Shown: positions 51,594 through 63,280, counted from the first letter of the stretch. The stretch: DNA of 64,000 nt from Mustelus asterias (GCF_964213995.1 NC_135809.1:20770001-20834000); one strand, 5' to 3'. Notes: a model not told the origin generated them from the sequence alone. Translations and numbers: made by a program.

Positions 51594-53033
51594 TCAGTAT
51601 CTGAGGAGTCACGAATGGTGCTGAACATTGTGCAACATGGATGCTTTGTTTCAGGAGGTGGTCACACTCCTTTCCAAACTTCGGTTTGGAAAGTGGTCAG
51701 GAACAGGGGCGGTGTGAGGTCAGCTCAGGCAGGTAAGGGGACCCAGAGGGCAGGAGTATCAGCCTCTGCAATTATCCAACCAGGTTTGATGTTCTTTCAG
51801 TTTGTTTGGATAAGAGTGGAGGCTGCAGGATGGATGAGCTGACTGGCCATGACATCATGATACTGGAAACCATTCAAGTGGGGGCAACACTTAAGAATGT
51901 AGTGGTAGTAGGGGACAGTATAGCAAGAAAGAGTGACATTATTCTCTGTAACAAAGAGCCAGAGTCCAGATGGCTGTGTTGGTGCCTGCCCAGTGCCAGG
52001 GTTCAGGACAAGTGCTCCAAGTTGTAGAGGAACTTGCAGTAGAAAGGAGGAGGATCCTGCTGTTGTGGTCCATGTAGGTACCAATGACGTAGGTAGATTG
52101 GGGAAAGAGGGTCTGCATTGAGACTTTGACGAGCTAGGCACTAAATTAAACAACAGAACCTCCAAAGTTATAATCTCTGGATTACTACCTGAACAGTGTG
52201 CAAATTGGCATTGGGTACATAAAATTAGAGAGATGAATACCTGGCTCAAAGACTGGCATGGAAGAAGTGGATTTTGGTAAGGGGCTCTGGCATCAGTACT
52301 AGGGAAAGTTGGAGTTATACTGTTTAGACTACCTGCATCTGAACCATGGTTGGACCAGTGATTTGCAAACCTCATAACTAGGGGAGTGGAGAGGGCTTTG
52401 TTGTGTGGTTTTTCAGAGACTAAGTAATGCCGAAACGTCAGCTAATACAAAGACTCGCGAAATCAGTACCCTGGTTAAAGGTGTATCTTTATTTGATCAA
52501 CAGTTGCTGGGAGAGATAGTATTGGGCAGTCCAACACCTCTCTTACAGAGGAGGCCCTGAGCATTCCAATACCACTCTAAAGTTATAATACATCAGACAG
52601 GACAATTATACATTTTTGAGTTCGCTTTTCCGGCCTTCCCGTTAGTTATGAACTAGTCATCATTAGTACAAATCAATCATTGTTAACAGTTGTCATATAC
52701 CTTAGCCAATTACATTCTGCCCTCTGACATCATGAGATTTCATTTGTCCATAGAATCCGGATGCTTCTTCCTCCTGTCACTTGGCAACCCCTGACGCTTA
52801 GCTGTAGACTTCAAAGGTTCTGTTCTCACCAACTCTCAATTACGTCAGTGGTCAAGTCAGGGAGTTGATATTCCCATGTCTGAGTAGCACTGTCTTATCA
52901 GTACAGACTGAACAGCTCTATTTATTCTTTGGCTTTGGGAACCCATACTGTTCGTAACTTAAGCTGATAAGAATTTTCTATGGTTTCATTGTTCCAAAGC
53001 ATGTGGTTCGTCTCACCAAGTCTTCATCCCATC

Positions 53034-53185
53034 AAAGAACAAAGAACAAAGTACAGCACAGGAACAGGCCTTTCAGCCCTCCATGCCTGCACCAATCACA
53101 TTGTCCTATCTAGACCAACTGCTTATGTCCCTCTATTACCCATCTGTTCATGTGTCTCTCCAGATAAGTCTTAAATGTCGCTGAC
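53034..53185 (-). mobile_element. CR1 3'-terminal fragment
   Basis: AAAGAACAAAGAACAAAGTACAGCACAGGAACAGGCC matches the ends at 43392 and 18991. Confidence 0.85.
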
Positions 53186-53340
53186 ACCATGCTGTTCAGC
53201 AGCCTGTTTTTGGCTAAAGTGCACAGACCATTTTAAAATACATCTGAAATACATTTCAAAATCCAAAATACATGTTTAAATCAGAAATACTTGTTCAAAT
53301 CTCTTACTTGTTTAAATCTCTTACTGTGATTATATGATTA

Positions 53341-53592
53341 GTCATGATGTGGAGATGCCGGCATTGGACTGGGGTGAACACAGTAAGAGTTTTAACAACA
53401 CCAGGTTAAAGTCCAACAGGTTTATTTGGTAGCAAACACCATTAGCTTTCGGAGCACTGCTCCTTCGTCAGATGGAGTGGAAATAGAGCACATTTCCACT
53501 CCATCTGACGAAGGAGCAGCGCTCCGAAAGCTAATGGTGTTTGCTACCAAATAAACCTGTTGGACTTTAACCTGGTGTTGTTAAAACTCTTA
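53341..53592. mobile_element. Penelope-derived inverted-repeat element (family B), near-perfect arms of about 100 bp
   Basis: TSD TTATATGATTA at 53330-53340 and 53593-53603. Confidence 0.88.
53501..53537 (+). ncRNA. Minimal type I hammerhead ribozyme motif
   Basis: CCAT-CTGACGA-A-GGAGC-AGC-GCTCC-GAAA-GC-TA-ATGG gives stem I CCAU/AUGG, stem II GGAGC/GCUCC and palindromic AGCU stem III. Confidence 0.7.
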
Positions 53593-54367
53593 TTATATGA
53601 TTATACAGACAGTACCTCTGTTAATCTGTAAGTCTGCTCTGAAGTCATTTCATTTAATGCTAGTAGTTTTATTAGTGTCTAAATTCCCTAATTATTTGGA
53701 ATTTCTCGAACAGACTTTAATAGCGGGAAGAATGGTTCTTGAGAGGGGGTATGATTAAAAAGGATATGGCAGCATTTATAGGGCAACTATTTAGGTAATG
53801 ATACCCAGAGTGTGACAGGAAGGGGCCGATTGTATAAACATTAAAAAAACAGCAAATCGGGTCAAATGGGGAAAAATGGTGAAAAGAAAAAGCCAAACTA
53901 ATGTCTCTTTACGTAAATGTACATAAGATTTAGCACAAACAAATGAATTAACAACACAAATTGAAGTTAATGGGCATGATCTTATAGCCATTACAGAGAT
54001 GTGGTTACAAGGAGATCAAAGCTGACAACTAAATATTCAGGGGTATGTGATTTCATAAGGACAGGAAGGAAAGGGTAGTGGGCAGCTTTGTTAGTACATG
54101 ATGGAATAAGTACAGTAGCAAAAAATGATCTTGGATTGGAAGATAATCCATATGGGTAGAGATAAGAAATAACAAGGGAAAGAAAACATAGGTGGGAGTA
54201 GTATATAGGCCCCCTGATTGTAGCTATCCTGTAGGAAGGATAATAAATCAGGAGATAATGAGGGCATGTAAAAAAAATCAGCACATTAATCATGGGTGAC
54301 TTTAATTTTCATGTGAATTGGGAAAATCAAAAGACAGAGGTAGCCACGAGGAAAAATTCATAGAGTG

Positions 54368-54389
54368 TATATATATATATATATATATA
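54368..54389. repeat. (TA)n microsatellite
   Basis: About 11 TA units. Confidence 0.9.
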
Positions 54390-54644
54390 TTCAGGACAGC
54401 TTCCCAGAACAATGTGTTGTGGATCCAACCAGGGATCAGGCTATTTTGGATCTGGTAATGTGTAATGAGGCAGGTTTAATAAACAATCTCAGAATAGAAG
54501 ATCCCTGAGGAAACAGTGACCATAACATGGTAGCATTTAACAATCAATTTGCAGGTGAGAAATTTGGGTCAGAAACAGCTGGTTGAACTTAAATAAGGGT
54601 AATTACAAAAGAAAGAGGGCAGAGTTGACTTTATTTCAAAGGGA

Positions 54645-54838
54645 ATCAACGTGACAAAAACTGATTATCTGGTCATTATTACTTTGCTGTTTGTGGAAGA
54701 TAGTTGTGCGCAAAATGGCTATTGTGTTACCTACTTTCTAAGAGTGGCTGCACTTCAGAAGTATTTCGTTGTCTGTCAAGTACTCTGAGACATCTGGAGG
54801 TTGTGAGAAAGGGCGATATAAATATAAGCTTTTCTTTA
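54645..54838 (+). mobile_element. DeuSINE-like 3' half
   Basis: GATTATCTGGTCATTAT...TTGCTGTTTGTGG...GTGCGCAAAATGGCT...GGCGATATAAAT aligns with 37620-37985. Confidence 0.65.
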
Positions 54839-55794
54839 AAAGTGAGCATGGGAACAGGAGAATAATAGGAATGTAGACCTCTCACCACCGCCCCACCCCC
54901 AACACCCATGTGATTTATAGTTCTATAACAGTACGAAGAGCCTAATGTTCAAATACTGTATAAAATATGGGAATGATCGGATGGCTCAGGAACACGCTCT
55001 GTAGATCACAAGGAAAACTTTACAAGTGACCAGACTGAAAGAGCCCTACATAAAATTAACAGGAAACACAAAATCTATAAGTGAGTAACAGGTTTGTTCC
55101 TCCCCAAACCTTTATTATCTCAACTCTTCTGTGGCGTTCTTTGTCTCGGCAGTGTTGCCTGGCACCTTGTCAGGAAGAGCTCCCGTCCCCCCAAACCCTC
55201 TTCACATTTCTCATGTTCAGTCGCAAAGCTCTGTCTAATTTTTGACTTCAAACAACCTTTTAAAAAAATGTTTTATTTATGATTACTCTGGAGTTTAAAA
55301 TTTACGAGCTACCATTGCCTCATGTGTCCTGAATCTTGGCCCTGTCAGCCTACGTTGGATAGTTAACACAGTGATTCATCGACGAATTTGGATGGCAACA
55401 GCAAACGCAAATTTATGACTGACAAAGGATTTTTACAAAAACATCATTGGTAGATGCAATTGTAAGACGGGAATTAGAGGGAGGGGAGTTACTTACATTA
55501 AAAGATCTTTTAGTGGCATCAAAAAAAAAATTCATCTTGGAAAACGAAAACACTTGAAATGCGAAACGGGACTTTCAGATTGCTACAGAAACTTGCATCA
55601 CCAGGAAGAAATCGCATCTGACTGCCTGAAACCTTAGTTCTAACAGGGAAGACCAAGAACAATTGGAAAGGTAGGTCATTGGCCTTGCTGAATGAAAATG
55701 TGTTTCTTTGTACAGTGAGTCACTCCTGCAACCTTTCGTGACAAACAAAAGGCAGCAATTATTATCTCGGGAAGTCCGGTGAACAGAACAAAGT

Positions 55795-56122
55795 CATAGA
55801 TCATAGAAATTACAGGTTCCCTTCAATGCAGAAGGAATCCATTCAGCCTATTGAGTCTGCACTGATCACAATCCCACCCGGGCCCTATTTCCCCAATGCC
55901 ACACACTTACCCTGCCAATTCCCCTGACATTGTCAATTTAGCATGGCCAATCAATCTAACCTGCACATCTTTGGGCTGTGGGAGGAAACCGGAGAAAACC
56001 CACGCAGACACGGGAAGAATGTGCAAACTCCACACAGACAGTGACCCAGGGCCAGAATTGAATGGAACTTGGGTCCCTGGCGCTGTGAGGCAGCAATGCT
56101 AACCACTGTGCCACCATGCCGC
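55795..56122 (-). mobile_element. HE1-like V-SINE, CR1-type tail
   Basis: Near-full copy. Confidence 0.9.
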
Positions 56123-56721
56123 CTCGCTCACTGGCTGCATTGGATAGAATGAACGACCTGATAAACAAAGTGAATGACAGCTATCTCATTACAATTATCA
56201 ATCGGCTCGAAGCAAGATCTTGCATGTTCAAATCCAGCTGGTTTTAATTCAATAGGAATAACCACTGATAAATGCTGATTAGTATGCAGATACCATTTCT
56301 GGAGCTGCAGTCCATAACATGTGTTTTCCTTTTTCTTCGTAATGTCATAATTTCTGATCTTATTTTTTCATTATCAGCTCTCTGGAATGGTGGGCCCCCA
56401 CAGGACTGGTTTGTGGGCCATTAAGAATATACAGGGAAATAAACTTGAAACAATTGCAGCCAAGCCGAAACAAGGAATGCTCAAAGAAAATTTTTCTTAT
56501 CAGTTCAGTGCCAAGAAGTAAACGATGGTTCCAAACCATTCAAAATATAATTAAATTCAAAAAGAGAATTTAAGCTTATGAGGAGACTGCAGTTAACATC
56601 TGGGGAATGACTGGTTACATATTGCTCAGGATGGTCCTTGGCTATGTGCTTAAGTGGATAATGGCTCAAGCCTCTGATGGCGTTGGCTGAAATTTTTGTG
56701 GAGTTCGTGACCAGCATCGTG

Positions 56722-57207
56722 AGTTTATTTATTATTGTCACAAATAGGCTTACATTAACAGTACAATGAAGTTACAATGAAAATCCCGGAGTCGTCATAC
56801 TCTGGAGTCTGTTCAGGTACACTGAGGGAGAATTTAGCATGGCCAATGCACCTAACCAGCATGGCATCAGTGGAGAGAGAGTGGAGCCAACATTTCAAGT
56901 CTTGATGACCCTTCGTCAGCAGCTCTGGACTCGAAAAGTTGGCTCTATTCTCTCTCCACAGATGCTGGCAGACCTGCTGAGATTTTCCAGTATTTTCTGT
57001 TTTTGTTTCAGATTCCAGTATCCCCAATATTTTGTGTTTATTACCTAACCAGCGCGTCTTTCAGACTGTGGGAGGAAACCGGAGCACCCGGAGGAAACCC
57101 ACGCAGATACGGGGAGAATGTACAGACAGTCACCCAAGCCGGGAATCGAACCCAGGTCTCTGGCTCTGTGAGGCAGCAATGCTAACCACTCTGCCACCGT
57201 GCTGCCC
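56722..57207 (-). mobile_element. HE1-like V-SINE, type 2 tail, interrupted by family C
   Basis: SINE sequence is continuous across 56861-57042. Confidence 0.9.
56861..57042. mobile_element. Penelope-derived inverted element (family C)
   Basis: TSD ACCTAACCAGC at 56850-56860 and 57043-57053; minus strand CTGACGAAGGGTCATCAAGACTTGAAA. Confidence 0.85.
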
Positions 57208-57339
57208 TGAGGGCAGGAACTTACATGTCCTGATTGTTGTAGCGGGATAATGCGGGTTGGCATTCCCACTGAAGGTCATTGGGAATGGGATTTGCATCTG
57301 AACACCTGGGGAAGAACCCAGAGAAGAAGCAGGAATCTG

Positions 57340-57850
57340 TAAAGGGGTGAGGGGGATATCAGGCAGCTGAGGAGGGAATTTTTAAAGGTAGGTATCATTG
57401 CCGGATCTTGGGAAATGAACAGTAGTGGGAAGGGACTGTGACTGTGAGGAGAGCACTCGGATAAGGTAGGGTGAGAGAGTGAGGGTGCAAGTGCAGCAGG
57501 AGTAGGTCTCATCTGGGAAGTTGTTGGAGAGAATGAAAAGATTAAGATAGATCTTGGGAGTGGGTAGAATCAGGCTGGGCTTTGTGACTGTGACGGATGT
57601 GGGCACATTGATCAGCCTTCAATCTCTGCCCATCACCCTTCAAGTTCCTGCCCTCCCCCATGAGAGGGTGGAGGTAACACTGGGCTGGGTCAGTGGTGAT
57701 GCTAGAGGAAGGAAGAAGGTGTTGGAGATGGCTCAGTAGGTGATGCACTCCATTCTGAGGCAAAGACAGATCAGGATGGCGACACCCTCAATAGTCAACG
57801 GGGTGGGAGGAAGGTCATCGTGTTAGTGGAGCTGAAGGTCAGCTCACCTG
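57340..57850 (-). mobile_element. Old L2-like LINE fragment
   Basis: Degenerate purine-rich plus strand similar to other L2-like pieces. Confidence 0.4.
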
Positions 57851-58142
57851 AAGGAGAACCCTGATAATCTATCCTGATATCTTCTAGTTACTCTCTGCTC
57901 CAGCCACCCACCCATCACACAACGGCTATGCCTTCAGTCTGGTTATGTCAACAGCCCACAGTTGTTTCCCTACTAACAGACCATATAGATTGAAGTGGGG
58001 CAATGAGGCAGCACCCCAGCACTTTCTCAAGGGGTTTTTAGGGATGTGCAGCACAAATGTTGGTCTTGCCATTGACACTCATATTCCAGATTCAGAAAAT
58101 GGTGAGATGATTAGAGAGAATGGAGTGTTTACTTACCCACAT

Positions 58143-58266
58143 ACAAAAACAGAAAATGCTGGAAAATCTCAGCACGTCTGACAGCATCTGTGGGGAAAAA
58201 ATAGAGCCAACGTTTTGAGTCTAGATGACCCTTCACCCAGCATCCACAGTATTTTGCTTTTATCTT
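58143..58266. mobile_element. Penelope-derived short element (family C)
   Basis: Same arm as 25829 plus an inverted 3' tip CAGCATCCACAGTATTTTGCTTTTATC. Confidence 0.8.
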
Positions 58267-58274
58267 AGTGCTCA

Positions 58275-58525
58275 CATATCCAGGTGGCGCAGGATAAATT
58301 GTTCATGCATTTCCTGCACTGCAGGCCACTCCTCCTCTGCTCCCCTGTGCCCCTGGCCACCATGGCAACCTCCTCCCAGGCCAGTGTGTTGAGTCAGGTG
58401 GGCCTCCTCTTCCCAGCCCTTGGAAAGAGGATGTTCCCCCCACCCTCCACGGCCCAGAAAAGAGTCTCGAGGGAGGCATCGCTGAACTGTGGGGCCAGTG
58501 CATGCTGCTTTCTGGAGGCCATCTC
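58275..58525 (-). pseudogene. Myb/SANT-like DNA-binding ORF remnant (Harbinger second gene type)
   Basis: APQFSDASLETLFWAV...ILFP...(stop)...AWEEVA...RRSGLQCRKCMNNL. Confidence 0.65.
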
Positions 58526-58756
58526 GTGCCCAGATGTCTTGGTGCACTGGCTGGCCGGGTACCTGGATGGACATGTCAACGGGGTGCGAGACTTCCTGCC
58601 CGCATCGCTATGCCATGTGATGTAATCCTCCCAGCTGCATACTCAATCAGGCGAGCAGCACACGGTTTGACATGCTCACCCGCCCTGCCCTCCAGCGGGC
58701 ATCATTCCAACATCCCACTCCCGCCAACGGATTTAAACCCTGAGCAGCAACATTAA

Positions 58757-58975
58757 GTTGCATTCTTACAGCACCTTTTACATAGAAAATCATCCCCAAG
58801 ATCTCTACCGCTGTATAATCAGATTCAAAAAAATTAACGCTAAACCAAAGTAGGAGACATCACAAGAGGTGACCAAAAGCTTTGCCAAAGAACTGAGTTT
58901 TAAGGAGAGTCTTAAAGGAGGAGATGGAGGTGGAGAGGTATTGAGGTTTAGGGAGGGGATTCCAGAAACTATGCT
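58757..58975 (-). mobile_element. L2-like LINE 3' end
   Basis: Minus-strand end ...AAAAGGTGCTGTAAGAATGCAA; resembles the DeuSINE tail. Confidence 0.6.
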
Positions 58976-58980
58976 GAGAC

Positions 58981-59200
58981 CAGGGTTCCCAAACTGTGGG
59001 TCGCAAATGCCAGTTTGGTCGCAGGATGGGATTTTGGTGTCACAATGGCGGCCATGGAGCTTGCACTGAGTTTTCAAAACTGCGAGTCCTCCTTCAATGT
59101 TTGTGTTTATTTCTGTCGTTGAATGTGGCTCAATTGTCATTTCTCTGCGACCCGATTGCTGCTACGATCACAGCCTGTAAAAATACAGGTCATTGTTTTG
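58981..59200. mobile_element. hAT-like DNA transposon end fragment
   Basis: CAGGGTTCCCAAACTGTGGGTCGC resembles hAT/Charlie termini; no second TIR found. Confidence 0.4.
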
Positions 59201-59370
59201 ATCAGGACAAAACGACCAGTTTTAACCACCACCCCCTTCCTTCCCTCGCTCAACACCCCTGTCAACCACGCACCACTCTTCCACCTTGCTCAACTCTAAC
59301 CACACACCAGGGGGTGGGGAGCAGCAATGAGGGATGTACAACATAGCCAGAGCCAAAAGAGTGAAGACAG

Positions 59371-59866
59371 GGCAGCACGGTGGCACAGTGGTTAGCACTG
59401 CTGCCTCACACCGCCGGGGACCCAGGTTCAATTCCGGCCTCGGGGTCACTGTCTGTGCAGAGTCTGCACATTCTCCCCCCGTGGGTTTCCTCCAGGTGCT
59501 CCGGTTTCCTCTCACAGTTCAAAGATGTGTGGGTTAGGTTGATTGGCCATGCTAAATTGACCCTGGTGTCAAGGGGATTGGTAGCAAACGCCACTAGCAT
59601 TATTGAGTTTGTGTCTTTATATGCCTTGTTTGTGAACAGAACTCCCACTCACCTGATGAAGGAGCAGCACTCCGAAAGCTTGTGTGGCGTTTGCTACCAA
59701 ATAAACCTGTTGGACTTTAACCTGGTGTTGTTAGACTCCTTACTGTGTCAAGGGGATTAGCAGGGTAAATATGTGAGATTACGGGAATAGGGCCGAGGTG
59801 GGATTGTGGTCAGTGGAGATTCGATGGGCTGAATGGCCTCTTTCTACACTATAGGGATGCTATAAT
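59371..59866 (+). mobile_element. HE1-like V-SINE, CR1-type tail, interrupted by family B
   Basis: SINE is continuous across 59580-59744. Confidence 0.9.
59580..59744 (+). mobile_element. Penelope-derived element (family B) with hammerhead core
   Basis: 14-bp TSD GTGTCAAGGGGATT at 59566-59579 and 59745-59758; CAC-CTGATGA-AGGAGCAGCACTCC-GAAA-GC-TT-GTG at 59650-59684. Confidence 0.87.
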
Positions 59867-59994
59867 TCCACGTGGATTGTAGGGCTGAAGATGGCCACAG
59901 CTGATGGAAAAATGGAAGACCATTAAGGCATTTCAACGGAAGCTGGAATGAGAAGGCTTTGAGAAACTAGGTCAGCAAAGAATGATGAGTGATT

Positions 59995-60150
59995 TTATGT
60001 GATTTATTGTTGTCACATGTATGAGTATATAGTGAAAAGTATTGTTTCTTGTGTGCTATACAGACAAATCATACTATTTATAGAGAAGGAAAGGAGAGGG
60101 TGCAGAATGTAGCATTACAGTCATAATTCGGTTGTAGAGAAAGATCAAAG
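59995..60150 (-). mobile_element. Rex1/Babar-type LINE 3' tip
   Basis: Matches 12415-12565. Confidence 0.85.
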
Positions 60151-60876
60151 AATGAGTAAGATACAGTAAAAGTGGATGGGCTGAAGGTTACGGAGTATTG
60201 AAGATGCGATGCAAGCCTGGAGGGCTTTGCATCAATTGAGTGAGGTAGCTGGGCGCAGAACTCAGAGTCGAATAAGAAATCGAGACTGCGAAAGGTCTAG
60301 GTGAACATGAGACAGTTATTGATGGCAGTACACAACAAATTCCCAAGGATAATAGTCTCTCCTCCATTGCCTCAAGCAGTGGGGAATCAGTCTTTCCAAT
60401 TAGCACTCACTGCAAACCTCTGTTACCAATCTCAGTTGTTCTCGACGTCTGTCACAGTGAAAACATCTGCAGCTCCTCACTCGCACTGTCTAAAACATTG
60501 TAATTTCCTCCATCCCGACTTCTTCAGTAGTGGAAGAGTGGAAAGGATAACAGGAAAGGGAAGTGCTGTCTCTCCATGCACATGCATACCGTGCAAATTA
60601 TTTTATATACCATTACAAATCTTATTGTTCAATCCTGTTTTTCCGTCTATCATTCTTTCTTGTGGCTGACATGGCTATCTAGCACAGTCTCGGGGATCAG
60701 TTTATGAGTAACTGTTGAATAACTACTGGGCTGATCAACCAAAGTATTAATTTATGAAGAAGTACTAAAAATAAAAATCCAGATGTGCGAAATCTTAAAG
60801 AGAAAAAAAACATCAGGTTCTGGAAACACTCAGCTATTCAAGAAGAGAAGAGTTGAATTAATGGTTTGGAGTTTTT

Positions 60877-61151
60877 TAAAGTTTATTTATTAGTCACAAG
60901 TAGGCTTACATCAACACTGCAATGAAGTTACTGTGAAAATCCCCTAGTGCCACACTCCAGTGACCGTTCGGGAAGACTGAGGGAGAAATTAACATGGCCA
61001 ATGCACCTAACTCGCATATCTTTGGACTGTGGGAGGAAACCAGAGCACCCAGAGGAAACCCACACAGACATGGGGAGAATGTTCAAACTCCACACAGACA
61101 GTGACCCAAGCCGAGAATCGAACCCACCTCCCTGGAGCTGTGAGGCAGCAG
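60877..61151 (-). mobile_element. HE1-like V-SINE, type 2 tail (head extends to about 61170)
   Basis: Near-full copy. Confidence 0.9.
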
Positions 61152-62922
61152 TGCTAACCACTGTGCCACCCTTAACTTGGTGGTGAGTTCTGCGTAGGGA
61201 TAGGGGCTTTTGTGGTGTTCCTTCCCACAGGCAGCCTGATTGACTGGTTGGAAGCCTTTCAGGTTGGAAGCTTGCTTCACAGGGCTGGAGCTGACCACAG
61301 CGGGTGAGGCTGAGGGAATGGAGAAAGAAGGCAATAGTGTGGGGGGTGAAGAAGTGAGGTTGGAATTTTAGTGAAAGATGAGAGAAATATTAGAGAGCAC
61401 GGGGTGGGGTCTGGAGTCATGATCGTGTCTTGGGGGAATCAGGATTGCATGGAGGAGTCTCCATGTTATACAAATGGAGCCCAAACTGCAAATGCAAGGG
61501 TTAACAATGGTAGTGGGGGCTCGGATTGCACAGGCTCCCTGATTATGGGGATCTCCTGATTGCAATTCTGGTGGGGAGGGGTGGGAGTGGGGTCAAATGG
61601 TAAGGGGACGTACATAGATTATGATGGGTCTCGATGGTGATTATGGACGCCCATGTGTGACGGGTGGATGTTCAATGGTTATCCTTAGGGTGATAGTGGT
61701 CGGAGTTGTCCAATGGTGGTCAGTGTTGCGGGGAAGGAAGATCTGACAGTGGGGCTTGACGGATAAGTGGATACCTGATGGGTGGTCCTGGGGAGAATTT
61801 CCGTGGTGGTTCAGGCAGAGGGTATGTCTGCTGAGGGTCATGGTGGGGGAGGATGGCTGGGACGGTGCACAGCAAGCTCCAGCAGTGGTTGGAGGGAAAG
61901 CCTGGTAGCGAGGGGTTCCAACAAAGATGAGGATGGAGTGAAGCAGACAAACCACAGCGGGGAATGGATTTACCAAGTCACTTGGGGGGACCAAAGGAAA
62001 TGCTTCTGCTCCTCCTGGCCCACAAGAAGTGCTGTAAAGACATGAATTCAACTTCACTCACCTTTCATTTGCTGAGTTTCTCATGACCCGAAAAACATGA
62101 TTGCGTAAGCTTAAAAATTAAAAATAGCATGTCAATTAAAAAGAAGGCACACAGTCTTAATTAACCATTTAAATGACCAAAGAGCGTCCTATGAATAGGT
62201 TGGCCACCAGTCCATCACCACCCCCCACACCCCCACCCCTGTTCCATTCAAACAAGGGGAAGAATCTTGTTACATTGGGGTCTTGCCTGAGAGTTGGAGA
62301 GCCGGAGGGAGACTCGTGCTCACTCTTTTTTCGGGAAGGTACTCTGAACCACAAACCAATCAGGCAGTGATGAGGCTGCTGGTGGGAGCAAGGGGGTGGG
62401 GGGGTAGGTGTGGGGTGGGGTTGGTGGCAGCATTCCCCCCCACAAGGGATGGAAGTCCAGTCTTGCGAGAGCTGCGAGCCAGAGGTCAGCACTTCTTGCA
62501 CTCAGCAATGCCTTTGAGGAACCAGTGGCTGCTGAGGAAAGGACACCCCACAATGACCCAGGATTGAAGAGGACCCAAGAGACAGGTGGGGGAGAGTTCT
62601 TGGGGTGGGGGGGGGGGGTGTGGTCACAGTGAGAGGAGGACACAGGGACAAGGGTCAGAAGCAAGGGTGAGGGTTGGCTTTCAGCAGGCACCTCTCCCTT
62701 TCCCAATGTCCAATTCTCGATCAAGCATTGATTGCCTTTGGCTGAGGGAGGGATCCCCCGATATAATCTGGGTAGAGGAGGAAAGACAACGGGGTTCAGG
62801 AATGCCACCATCCTGCCTAATTGCATCCGCCACACCCTCATCCCCCTAAGCTGGCCACCTACAGGAGCAGAACATTCTGCCCCAGATGTGGGTGGGTGGG
62901 CTTCCTATTTCTGTATCTCTGA

Positions 62923-63043
62923 GGGGAATTTTCCCATCCCGCCTGCCACAGGAATCATAGCTGGCAGGGGGAGGATGATGCAAAGGTCCGTTGACCTCTG
63001 CGGGATTTTCCTGTTTTGAGGCGAGCGCAGCATAAAATCCCAC
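62923..63043. mobile_element. MITE, related to 28798-28920
   Basis: GGGGAATTTTCCCATCCCGCCTGCCACAGGAATC...AAAATCCCACCC. Confidence 0.55.
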
Positions 63044-63091
63044 CCTTTGTATTTCAACCTTTGACATGACCCGGACTCACCTGTTTTTTTC

Positions 63092-63280
63092 ACAGAATCC
63101 CTACAGTGCAGAAAGAGGCCATTCTGCCCATGGGGCCTGCACTGACAACAATCCCACCTAGGCCCCATCCCCACAACCTCATGCATTTACCCGGCTAATC
63201 CCCCCCTCCCCCCACCCCCCACCGCAACACTGAGGGGAAATTTAACATCCCCAATCTACCTAATCTGCGCATCTTTAGAC
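63092..63280 (-). mobile_element. HE1-like SINE 3' half
   Basis: AGAATCCCTACAGTGCAG... tail. Confidence 0.85.

Larger units (their letters stand above)
52399..53712 (-). mobile_element. Probable solo LTR containing two nested insertions
   Basis: TG...CA ends; flanks GGCTT and GACTT (4/5 match); CR1 sequence rejoins across it; TTTATT at about 52488. Confidence 0.55.
48100..54630 (+). mobile_element. Old CR1 (5'UTR, ORF1 Cys-motif + SGNH esterase, ORF2 endonuclease) fragmented by nested insertions
   Basis: MEGQVMCKGCRM...CSRC near 48748; VVVVGDSI...VVVHVGTND...KVIISGLLP at 51900-52200; LIAITEMWL and MGDFNF at 53980-54310. Confidence 0.8.

Noticed and set aside
55005-55080. Exon-like segment with GTGAGT donor; VTRLKEPYIK loosely recalls Dbf4 motif M
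   Set aside because: Weak acceptor, the similarity stops after a few residues, and no neighbouring exons support it.
62320-62841. 173-aa ORF
   Set aside because: Pro-rich low-complexity frame in GC-rich repeat-like DNA; no domain recognised.
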